DNA of 64,000 bases. Source: a virus. Shown here piece after piece: positions 1 to 8,765 of this stretch; positions within the stretch are counted from its first letter, which is position 1; each line of letters opens with the position of its first letter. Under the pieces are notes generated by a model. The model saw only the letters and a list, made by a program, of their open reading frames with translations. It searched no databases and was not told the origin of the DNA. Both the position numbers and the translations under genes were made by a program. The stretch is from the IMG/VR virus record IMGVR_UViG_3300047550_003635. The stretch is one strand, 5' to 3'.

Positions 1-2
1 AT

Positions 3-305
3 GAAATAATTGATTTGCAACATCTAATTATTTCATGGGAAGATACTGCTGCTGCAATTCATAATATGGATTTAGTGATTACATCATGCACAAGTATAGC
101 ACATTTATCTTCAGCGATGGGTAAACCAACATGGGTAATTGTTCCATTATTACCATATCATATTTGGGCTTATGGTGATAGACATTCTCCATGGTATCAA
201 AAAACAACAAAAGTTTTTCGTCAAAAAGAATTTGGTAATTGGAATGCAACATTTGAATTATTAGAAAAAGAATTTGTCGAACATTTTAATTTGAAAAAGG
301 AATAA
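3..305 (+). CDS. C-terminal part of a GT-B glycosyltransferase (GT9-like, often TPR-fused); truncated at window edge
   Basis: WEDTAAAIHNMDLVITSCTSIAHLSSAMGKPTW...W motif; frame is open from position 3. Confidence 0.7.
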   Translation, partial: EIIDLQHLIISWEDTAAAIHNMDLVITSCTSIAHLSSAMGKPTWVIVPLLPYHIWAYGDRHSPWYQKTTKVFRQKEFGNWNATFELLEKEFVEHFNLKKE

Positions 306-308
306 TTT

Positions 309-1103
309 ATGAGTGAATTATATTATGTTGCTGGACTCCCAAGGTCTGGTGCAACAATGATGATTAATATATTAAAACAAAATCCACAAATTCATGGCGA
401 AGCAGTAAGTTCATTGAGTTCTATTTTTAGTTCTGTTTTTTTTAATTGGGACAAAATAGAATTTAGTATTGAATATAATAATGAAAAAGCCAAGATAAAT
501 GTTCTCAAAAGTATTTTAAATAGTTATCACTCACATCACCAAAAACAATTTATTTTTGATAAAGATAGAATGTGGATAACAAGAATTGGTATTCTAGAAG
601 CACTATTTGAGAAGAAAGTCAAGATTTTATGCCCGGTAAGAAATCCAGCAGAGATACTCGCATCATTTGAAAAGATAAGAAAAAATAATCCTCTGCAATT
701 AACGATGACGGATGAGATATTGGCAGAATCATCATCCATCGCATCTAGAGCATTTCATTACGCTGGTCCAAATGGTGCTTTAGGATTAGCACATGCAGGA
801 ACACGTGATGCTGTTACGATGGGATATTTGGACAGATTGTTGTTTATTGACTATAATAGATTTTGTAATAGTCCAAAAAGTCAGTTAAAACGAATATATG
901 ATTTTTTTGAATTACCTTCTTTTGAGCATGATTTACAAAACATTGAGCAAACAGAAATTTACAATGATTTAGCATCAAAACTTCCTAATTTACATAAAAT
1001 AAAACCTAAACTTGACAAAACAACTGTAAATTGTGTTGAATATTTGGGATTAGATTTATATCAACAATACAATCGTGAAATATTTTGGGATGCTTGGATA
1101 TAA
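309..1103 (+). CDS. Sulfotransferase family protein
   Basis: PAPS-binding motifs AGLPRSGAT and VRNPAEILAS. Confidence 0.8.
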   Translation: MSELYYVAGLPRSGATMMINILKQNPQIHGEAVSSLSSIFSSVFFNWDKIEFSIEYNNEKAKINVLKSILNSYHSHHQKQFIFDKDRMWITRIGILEALFEKKVKILCPVRNPAEILASFEKIRKNNPLQLTMTDEILAESSSIASRAFHYAGPNGALGLAHAGTRDAVTMGYLDRLLFIDYNRFCNSPKSQLKRIYDFFELPSFEHDLQNIEQTEIYNDLASKLPNLHKIKPKLDKTTVNCVEYLGLDLYQQYNREIFWDAWI

Positions 1104-1838
1104 ATGTTTTTTATAGATAATCGTGTTCGTAGAAATGTTTTAGTTTCTACTGACCACGGAATGATGCTTGTAAACAGATTTGATTGTAATCATGAACAAG
1201 TTGGTCATGGTCAATGGCTATTAGACCATGGTAGCGCATCATCAGTTGAAGCGCAAGAGACTGTTTCATGTTTACAAAATATTTCAAGTCCTGTAATATT
1301 TGATGTGGGTTCAAATATAGGAACATATTCAACATGGCTTACAAAAATATTACCGCAAAGCAAAATATATTGTTTTGAACCACAACGAATAGTTTTTCAA
1401 ATGTTATGTGCAAATATGATGTTAAATAATTTCGATAATTGTTTTGCACATAACATAGCAATTGGAAATAAAGATGATTTTATCGTTATTGACGAACCTG
1501 ATTATGAAAAGCCAGAAGATTTTGGTATTTTTAGTTTGGTTGAAGATAAAATTTTTAATAAATCAAATAAAAAAACAGTAATACCTATAATGAAAATTGA
1601 TACGTTTATTGAAACATATCATATTGAAAAATTAAATTTTATAAAAATAGATGTTGAAGGTATGGATATGGATGTTTTAAAAGGCGCACAAAAAACAATT
1701 CAAAAATATAATCCATTTATATTCATTGAACACTCAGACAATAGAAAATCAATATTAAATGAAATAACTGATTATTTGAGTTTAACTAAGTATGAATTTA
1801 AAGTAATTGGGAATAACGTTTTAGCAAAACCTAAATGA
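1104..1838 (+). CDS. FkbM family SAM methyltransferase
   Basis: FDVGSNIG, FEPQ, IKIDVEGMD motifs. Confidence 0.85.
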   Translation: MFFIDNRVRRNVLVSTDHGMMLVNRFDCNHEQVGHGQWLLDHGSASSVEAQETVSCLQNISSPVIFDVGSNIGTYSTWLTKILPQSKIYCFEPQRIVFQMLCANMMLNNFDNCFAHNIAIGNKDDFIVIDEPDYEKPEDFGIFSLVEDKIFNKSNKKTVIPIMKIDTFIETYHIEKLNFIKIDVEGMDMDVLKGAQKTIQKYNPFIFIEHSDNRKSILNEITDYLSLTKYEFKVIGNNVLAKPK

Positions 1839-1848
1839 TGGAGATATA

Positions 1849-2457
1849 ATGATACCAGAACACACAAAATTAAATCTTGGTTGTGGATTTAAAAAATTAA
1901 ATGACCATTGGAATGTTGATGTTGAATCGAAATGTAATCCAGATGAAGTTGTTGATTTAGAAGTGACACCATGGCCATGGGCAGATAATTTTTTCGACAA
2001 AATAAATGCTGATAATATTCTTGAGCATTTAGGGCAAAATCCAAAAGTATTTACTAATATAATGAAAGAAATGTATCGTATTAGTAAAGATGGTGCAACA
2101 TGGTTTATAAATGTTCCTCATCATCGTTGTGATTTATACTGGGATGATTATACTCATGTAAGAATTTTGACACCAAAAACATTTAAAATGTTTGACCAAA
2201 AAACAAATGTCGAATCGATTAAAAAGAAATTAAGTGATAGCGTTTTTGGTCTTGTTCATGATATTGATATTGAAGTTACTGATGTTTCATATAACATCGT
2301 AAATTATTGGTTAAATCAGCAAGAAGATGGTATGCTTGCACCAAAACAATTAGACATAAATTTAAATACGCTGGCAAACGTTGCTGAATCTGTAAATATT
2401 TTTATTACTGTTCACAAACCAGGTAGACATTCTTCATTTTTACAGACTGGAAATTAA
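1849..2457 (+). CDS. Class I SAM methyltransferase (type 11-like)
   Basis: KLNLGCG, NVD, LEH...EMYRI..G....VPH. Confidence 0.75.
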   Translation: MIPEHTKLNLGCGFKKLNDHWNVDVESKCNPDEVVDLEVTPWPWADNFFDKINADNILEHLGQNPKVFTNIMKEMYRISKDGATWFINVPHHRCDLYWDDYTHVRILTPKTFKMFDQKTNVESIKKKLSDSVFGLVHDIDIEVTDVSYNIVNYWLNQQEDGMLAPKQLDINLNTLANVAESVNIFITVHKPGRHSSFLQTGN

Positions 2458-2458
2458 T

Positions 2459-3316
2459 ATGGCTATAAAAATTTTAATTATGGGTTTGCCTGGTTCAGGT
2501 AAAACAATCATGGCACAAGCATTAAAAAAGTATATTGAGAATAATCTATCATTCACAAATATGCCTGCTAATAAGTTACTGTCATTATCAGAATCATTTC
2601 CATTAGAATATAAACCTAAAGTTAAATGGTTCAACGCAGATGATATTCGTAAAGAATATAATGATTGGGATTTTAGTAAAGAGGGAAGAATCAGACAAAG
2701 TTTAAGAATGGCAAAATTTGCTATAGAAAGTCTAGCAGATTATGCAATATGTGATTTTGTTGCGCCTTTAGGAGAAATGCGTAATAATTTTAAAGCGGAC
2801 TGGACTATTTGGATGGATACCATTGATGAAGGACGATTTGAGGATACTAATAAAATGTTTGTTCCACCCACTGTTTATGATTTTCGTATAACCGAAAAAA
2901 ATGCTGATTTTTGGGCAAAATATGTTGGTGATAGAATCATTGCAGAAAAAAGACGACCTATATTTAATTGGCAAAAAGAAACTGTCCAAATGTTAGGTAG
3001 ATGGCAACCATGGCATAAAGGTCATCGTGCATTATTTGAGCGAGCAGTTGCTAAAACAGGTCAAGTTGTGATACAGATTCGTGATTGTCAAGGATGGAAT
3101 AAATCAAATCCATTTTCAATTGAACATGTAAAAAACATTATTAGAAAAGATTTGGACCCATTATATCAAGGACAATATGAAATTCAAATTGTTCCTAACA
3201 TAGTCAATATAACTTATGGACGTGATGTTGGATATAAAATTGAGCAAGAAGTTTTTGATGAAGAAATACACAGTATATCAGCAACGCAAATTCGGAAAGA
3301 GATGGGATTATCGTGA
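2459..3316 (+). CDS. Adenylylsulfate-kinase-like P-loop domain fused to HxGH nucleotidyltransferase domain
   Basis: GLPGSGKT, NADDIR, DFSKEGRIRQ (CysC-like); GRWQPWHKGH and ISATQIR in C-terminal domain. Confidence 0.75.
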   Translation: MAIKILIMGLPGSGKTIMAQALKKYIENNLSFTNMPANKLLSLSESFPLEYKPKVKWFNADDIRKEYNDWDFSKEGRIRQSLRMAKFAIESLADYAICDFVAPLGEMRNNFKADWTIWMDTIDEGRFEDTNKMFVPPTVYDFRITEKNADFWAKYVGDRIIAEKRRPIFNWQKETVQMLGRWQPWHKGHRALFERAVAKTGQVVIQIRDCQGWNKSNPFSIEHVKNIIRKDLDPLYQGQYEIQIVPNIVNITYGRDVGYKIEQEVFDEEIHSISATQIRKEMGLS

Positions 3317-3320
3317 TTTT

Positions 3321-3360
3321 TCTTTTGACTAAATAGTAAGATTACTAATAAGTCAAGAGG
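3321..3360 (+). promoter_or_regulatory. Late promoter-like ACTAAATA (3328-3335) inside a hairpin that pairs with the gp13 RBS
   Basis: TCTTTTGACT(3321-30) complements AGTCAAGAGG(3351-60); inner TAGTA/TACTA stem. Confidence 0.6.
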
Positions 3361-3365
3361 TTTTG

Positions 3366-4322
3366 ATGGCTATCCCAACCACAAGAAAAGAATTCAAAGA
3401 CTACTGTTTGCGTCGTTTAGGTCATCCAGTTGTTCAAATCAACGTTGATGATGACCAAGTAGAAGATAGAATTGACGATGCTTTAGCATTTTTTCATGAC
3501 TATCATTTTGATGGTTGCGAAAAAATCTATATGAAGCATAAATTTACGCAAGCGGATATTGATAGACGTTGGATTTATGTGCCAGACCCAGTAATTTTTG
3601 TTACTGGTGTTTTACCTTTTGACGATTCTAATTCATCAATCAATATGTTTGACTTGCGTTATCAGTTGCGTTTACATGATTTGTATGACTTTACATCAGT
3701 TTCATATGTTTCTTATGAAATCACGATGCAACACATTCGCACATTAAATTTATTATTTTCAGGTACACCACAATTCAGATTTAATCGTCATCAAAATAAA
3801 CTATTTCTTGATATTGATTGGAGTAGAGACCCAGAATCAAATCGTTATGTTATAGTTGAATGTTATCGTAAACTAAATCCTGATGTTATAGATTTAACTG
3901 GTACCATAACTTCAAACACTTCATCAAATACTGCAACTGGAACTGGAACTAAATTTGACCAAGAATTAGTAGAAAATGATTTTATTACTCTATCCGACGG
4001 TCAAAATGTTCAAGTTAGATACATCAATTCACCTACAGAAATAGTTTTTTCAAATGCTGTTTCGGCAAATGTCTCAAACGTTACTATGCAAAAAGCTGGC
4101 GTTTCTGATGTTTGGAATGATAGATTTTTGAAACAATATGCAACAGCAAAGATTAAAAAACAATGGGGTGAAAATCTTAAAAAGTTTGGTAATATTCAAA
4201 TGCCCGGTGGCGTTGTATTGAATGGTAAAGAGATTTGGGACGAAGCTGATGCTGAAATACAAAAAGTTGAAGAAGAAATGCAGAGTATGAACGTTTTACC
4301 CGGTGAATTTTACATGGGTTGA
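3366..4322 (+). CDS. gp13: Neck protein gp13
   Basis: YCLRRLGHPVVQINVDDDQVEDRID, QWGENLKKF, PGGVVLNG; synteny; ATG at 3366 after GAGG. Confidence 0.9.
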   Translation: MAIPTTRKEFKDYCLRRLGHPVVQINVDDDQVEDRIDDALAFFHDYHFDGCEKIYMKHKFTQADIDRRWIYVPDPVIFVTGVLPFDDSNSSINMFDLRYQLRLHDLYDFTSVSYVSYEITMQHIRTLNLLFSGTPQFRFNRHQNKLFLDIDWSRDPESNRYVIVECYRKLNPDVIDLTGTITSNTSSNTATGTGTKFDQELVENDFITLSDGQNVQVRYINSPTEIVFSNAVSANVSNVTMQKAGVSDVWNDRFLKQYATAKIKKQWGENLKKFGNIQMPGGVVLNGKEIWDEADAEIQKVEEEMQSMNVLPGEFYMG

Positions 4323-4326
4323 TTAA

Positions 4327-5238
4327 ATGCCAACAAATTTATACATAAACAATTTTCCCGCAAATCAAATAACAAATGAACAACTTTTAGTTGAAGATTT
4401 GGTTATTGAAGCGATGCAATTTTACGGCATGGATGTTTTTTATTTACCAAGGGAAAGTCGTGACCAAATAGATTACATATACGGTGAAGATACTCTAAAA
4501 ACATATACAAAAGCATACCCAATAGAAATGTATCTTGAAGATGTTACTGGCATGGAAGGTGAGGGAGATTTTGTATCTAAATTTGGTCTAGAAATTCGTG
4601 ATGAAATGACACTTCTAGTATCTCGTCGTAGATTTAAATATGCAACATCTGCTTCAAATCTTTTAAGACCACGTGAGGGTGATTTAATTTATATACCTCT
4701 GATTCAAAACTTTTTAGAAATAACATTTGTCGAGCATGAAAATAATCAAGCAATGTTTTATACATTAGGTCGAGGCAGAGATGCAAATGTATATGTGTAT
4801 GCTTTGAAATTAAAACAATATGTATTTTCGGAAGAAATTATTTCTACTGGTATCTCTGAAATCGATGACCAAATTCGTGACGAATACAAGAGAACACAAA
4901 TAATAATGGATTCTGGAACAGGCAATTATGCTAATGATGAAATAGTATTCCAAAGCGCAGATTTAACTTTAGCAAATGCATCAGCACGAGGTTATGTTTA
5001 TTCTTGGACACCATCAACGAAAAATCTTACAATTTATTCGGTGCAAGGAACTTTTGCAAATGCAACTAACATATATGGCAATACAAGTAATGCTGTTTAT
5101 TCGGTAGATGGTGGTGGAATAGATGATACTGCAAATGATAATAATGCATTTGAAGATATTGTCGATAATACAAGAATTCAAAGTGAAGCTAATTCTATAC
5201 TAGACTTTACAGAAATAAATCCTTTCGGTGAACCTTAA
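4327..5238 (+). CDS. gp14: Neck protein gp14
   Basis: YGMDVFYLPR, SKFGLEIRDE, RPREGDLIY, C-terminal DFTEINPFG. Confidence 0.9.
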   Translation: MPTNLYINNFPANQITNEQLLVEDLVIEAMQFYGMDVFYLPRESRDQIDYIYGEDTLKTYTKAYPIEMYLEDVTGMEGEGDFVSKFGLEIRDEMTLLVSRRRFKYATSASNLLRPREGDLIYIPLIQNFLEITFVEHENNQAMFYTLGRGRDANVYVYALKLKQYVFSEEIISTGISEIDDQIRDEYKRTQIIMDSGTGNYANDEIVFQSADLTLANASARGYVYSWTPSTKNLTIYSVQGTFANATNIYGNTSNAVYSVDGGGIDDTANDNNAFEDIVDNTRIQSEANSILDFTEINPFGEP

Positions 5239-6233
5239 TGTTAAAAAAAACGCATTTTTATAATAGAACGATTAGAAAAGTTGTTGTTGCATTTGGAACA
5301 ATTTTTAATGATATCTATTTGGTAAGATATACTAATGATGGATTAACTGCTAAAGAAAAATTTAAAGTTCCTTTGGCATATGGTGCAAAAGAAAAATGGT
5401 TAACAAGAATTACTTCAGACCCAACATTAACTAAATCAGTTGCAACAACAGTTCCCAGAATATCATTTGAATTGACATCGTTGGCATATGACCCAAACAG
5501 AAAACAGCAATCAACGATGCAAAATTTTGCGATTTCATCGAACACTTTTAAAAAACAATACGTTCCAACACCATATAATTTTGATTTTTCGCTTTCGATT
5601 TATGTTAGAAATACTGAAGATGGCACACAAATTTTAGAACAAATATTACCATTTTTCACACCAGATTTTAATGTGACGGTTGATTTTATACCGACAATGG
5701 ACCAAAAATATGATTTACCCATAATTTTAAATTCAGTAAATAGTCAGATTGAATATGAGGGTGATTTTATGAATACCCGACTGATTATTTGGAATTTAGA
5801 TTTTACAGTCAAAGGATATATTTGGCCCGCTGTTGTCGATGCTGATATTATTACTCAAGCAAATACAAATTTATATATTGATACGCAAACAAAAACATTA
5901 CAAAAAGTTTTTGTCGATTATGCAAATGGAAATGGAACATTTGCTCAATCAGAAACAATTCGCGTTGATGATAGGAATGTAACCGGGTCATTATATTATT
6001 TTAGTAATAATAATTTGGGTATTTTAATTGCCGAAGATTTGAACAAATTATTAGCTGTAGGTGACATAATTACAGGTGATGCAACAAACTCAAAATATAC
6101 AGTTACGTCTTTAGATGTATCACCCGTAAAATCTGTTGCGATTGTTACAACACCAGACCCATCAAATTCATTACCTGACGATGAATATGGTTTTTCAGAA
6201 AATATAACAGAGTATCCAAATACATTAACATGA
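5238..6233 (+). CDS. gp15: Tail sheath stabilizer / tail completion protein gp15
   Basis: FYNRTIRKVVVAFGTIFN, VPLAYG, PRISFE, QILEQILPFF. Confidence 0.9.
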   Translation: MLKKTHFYNRTIRKVVVAFGTIFNDIYLVRYTNDGLTAKEKFKVPLAYGAKEKWLTRITSDPTLTKSVATTVPRISFELTSLAYDPNRKQQSTMQNFAISSNTFKKQYVPTPYNFDFSLSIYVRNTEDGTQILEQILPFFTPDFNVTVDFIPTMDQKYDLPIILNSVNSQIEYEGDFMNTRLIIWNLDFTVKGYIWPAVVDADIITQANTNLYIDTQTKTLQKVFVDYANGNGTFAQSETIRVDDRNVTGSLYYFSNNNLGILIAEDLNKLLAVGDIITGDATNSKYTVTSLDVSPVKSVAIVTTPDPSNSLPDDEYGFSENITEYPNTLT

Positions 6234-6637
6234 GTAAATTAAATGACAATTTATCTGATATATTAGATGTTGAACCTATATCAGAATCAGAAATTATTGA
6301 TGATGAAAAAAATTTGCCAATAGAAGTGTCGTCAAGTGTTATTGAAGATGATACTAATTTTGCCAGAACAAATATTAAAGCAATAATTGAAAAAAGCAAT
6401 ACTGCACTTGATGATATTTTAAAAGTTGCTAAAGAGTCTGAACACCCAAGAGCATATGAAGTAGCTGCTAATTTTTTAAAAACTGTTTCAGACATGAATA
6501 AAGATTTGCTTGAATTGCAAAAAACGAAAAAAAGTCTTGAACCAAAAAGTGAATCCACAAAAAATATTAATGTAGATAAAGCAGTTTTTATTGGTTCAAC
6601 AGCCGAATTGTTAAAACAAATAAGAGAGAGTAAATAA
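6230..6637 (+). CDS. gp16: Terminase small subunit
   Basis: AKESEHPRAYEV and VFIGSTAEL motifs; synteny. Confidence 0.9.
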   Translation: MSKLNDNLSDILDVEPISESEIIDDEKNLPIEVSSSVIEDDTNFARTNIKAIIEKSNTALDDILKVAKESEHPRAYEVAANFLKTVSDMNKDLLELQKTKKSLEPKSESTKNINVDKAVFIGSTAELLKQIRESK

Positions 6638-7075
6638 ATGGAAACATTAATTCAACAGATGAAAGTTATTTTAGCAACAAATTTTGGTCTATATTTGAAA
6701 TCACACAATTATCATTGGAACATTGAGGGTTCTAATTTTCCACAATTTCATGATTTTTTAAATACATTTTATAGTGCTGTATGGGCACAAACAGATTTAA
6801 TCGCTGAACATATTAGAATGTTAGATTCATATGCACCGGGTTCATTTACAAGATTTTCAGAACTTTCAGACGTTCAAGAAGAATTGAATGTTCCAAATGC
6901 ATTGACAATGATGAGAAATTTAAAACAAGATAATGATACATTTATTATTCATCTTCGTGCTGGTATTGTTGCTGCTGAAAATGCTGATGAACCAGCAGTT
7001 TCAAATTTTCTTCAAGACCTTTTAGGTGCTCATCAAAAACAAGCATGGATGCTTCGTAGTATTATAAAAGAGTAA
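6638..7075 (+). CDS. dps: Dps family DNA-protecting ferritin-like protein
   Basis: HNYHWNIEGSNFPQFH, DLIAEHIRML, HQKQAWML ferroxidase signature. Confidence 0.9.
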   Translation: METLIQQMKVILATNFGLYLKSHNYHWNIEGSNFPQFHDFLNTFYSAVWAQTDLIAEHIRMLDSYAPGSFTRFSELSDVQEELNVPNALTMMRNLKQDNDTFIIHLRAGIVAAENADEPAVSNFLQDLLGAHQKQAWMLRSIIKE

Positions 7076-7077
7076 TA

Positions 7078-8712
7078 ATGGAAATTGATGGTTACATGGG
7101 GAATGCGCGGTTAAAACGCGCAGGTGTTGAGTTATCATTTACCGAAGAACAGACCAAAGAATTCATCAAATGTTCTTTAGACCCAGTTTATTTTATTAAG
7201 ACATATGTAAAGATTGTCAATGTTGACTTGGGTCTTGTGCCTTTTGATATGTGGCCATTTCAAGAAAAAATGGTTCAAGATTTCCATGCAAATCGTTTCT
7301 GTATATCAAAAATGCCACGCCAAGTTGGTAAAACAACTACAACAGTTGGCTATATGTTATGGTGTGCATTATTCATTGAAGAATACTCAATAGCCATTCT
7401 TGCCAATAAAGGTTCACTTGCACGTGAGATATTGAGCAGACTTCAAAAAGCATATGAATATTTACCATTATGGCTGCAACAAGGTATCATAACATGGAAC
7501 AAAGGTAATATTGAACTTGAAAATGGTTCAAAAGTATTTGCTTATTCAACATCAGCAGCAGGTGTTCGTGGAGGAACTTATAATCTGATATTTATGGATG
7601 AGTTTGCATTCGTTCCACAAAATATTGCTGCTGACTTTTTTCAATCAACATATCCAGTTATATCATCTGGTAAAACATCAAAGGTTATCATTGTTTCAAC
7701 ACCAAATGGATTGAATCAGTTTTATAAAATGTGGACTGACGCTATCGAAAAACGCTCAACATATGTACCTATTGAAGTTCATTGGTCAATGGTTCCTGGT
7801 CGTGATGAGAAATGGAAAGAAGAAACGATTCGTAACACAAGTGAAGAACAGTTCCGTGTCGAGTTTGAAACAGAATTTATTGGTTCATCTGCAACACTTA
7901 TCTCGGGTGCAAAACTTCGTGCATTAGCATTCCATAATCCAATATCTTCTGTTGAAGGTTTTGATGTCTATGAAGAACCAATCAAAGGGCATAGTTATGT
8001 TGCATCTGTTGATTGTTCAGAGGGTGTTGGACACGATTATTCAACTGTTAATGTTATTGATGTTACACAATTACCGTATCGACAGGTTGCAAAATATCGC
8101 AGCAATAAAGTCGCATTGATGATTTTTCCAACGATTATTTACTCAATATGCGTAAAATACAATCATGCATTCGCGCTGGTCGAAATCAATAATGTCGGTC
8201 AACAAGTTGTAGATATTCTCCATTTTGATTTGGAGTATGAAAACGTATTTAAGATTGAGATGAATCGTGTCAAAGGGCAAACAATTTCTGGTGGTTTCAA
8301 AAAAGCAGCAAAATTTGGTGTCAGAACAACTAAGTCAGTTAAAAAAATTGGTTGTGCTAACTTAAAAACATTAGTTGAAAATGATAAATTGATTATTAAT
8401 GATTTTGATACTATTGCTGAAATGAACACTTTTGCAAGGGTTCGTGATTCATATGCAGCCGAAGAAGGTAATAATGATGATTTAGTGATGGGGTTAGTTC
8501 TATTTTCGTGGTTATCAGCACAGACATATTTCCGTGATTCTACAAATATGGACATACGAAAATTGCTTGTGCAAGAGCAAGAAACATGGAATGAAGAAAA
8601 TTTGATGCCCGTGGGTATTGTTGATGATGGTCTTAAAGAAGAAGTAACTGTTGATTCACAGAATAATGATATTTGGACTGAGCGTGGCTATACAAATTCT
8701 TCAACTTTCTAA
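7078..8712 (+). CDS. gp17: Terminase large subunit
   Basis: PRQVGKTT Walker A, IFMDEFAF Walker B, VSTPNG, nuclease DDLVM. Confidence 0.95.
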   Translation: MEIDGYMGNARLKRAGVELSFTEEQTKEFIKCSLDPVYFIKTYVKIVNVDLGLVPFDMWPFQEKMVQDFHANRFCISKMPRQVGKTTTTVGYMLWCALFIEEYSIAILANKGSLAREILSRLQKAYEYLPLWLQQGIITWNKGNIELENGSKVFAYSTSAAGVRGGTYNLIFMDEFAFVPQNIAADFFQSTYPVISSGKTSKVIIVSTPNGLNQFYKMWTDAIEKRSTYVPIEVHWSMVPGRDEKWKEETIRNTSEEQFRVEFETEFIGSSATLISGAKLRALAFHNPISSVEGFDVYEEPIKGHSYVASVDCSEGVGHDYSTVNVIDVTQLPYRQVAKYRSNKVALMIFPTIIYSICVKYNHAFALVEINNVGQQVVDILHFDLEYENVFKIEMNRVKGQTISGGFKKAAKFGVRTTKSVKKIGCANLKTLVENDKLIINDFDTIAEMNTFARVRDSYAAEEGNNDDLVMGLVLFSWLSAQTYFRDSTNMDIRKLLVQEQETWNEENLMPVGIVDDGLKEEVTVDSQNNDIWTERGYTNSSTF

Positions 8713-8715
8713 AAA

Positions 8716-8723
8716 ACTAAATA
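8716..8723 (+). promoter_or_regulatory. T4-type late promoter variant ACTAAATA upstream of gp18
   Basis: Resembles TATAAATA consensus; intergenic position; same variant recurs at 12724, 46432, 50366. Confidence 0.65.
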
Positions 8724-8765
8724 GATAATAATTCAAATGAATCCTATAATAATAAGGAGAAATCC

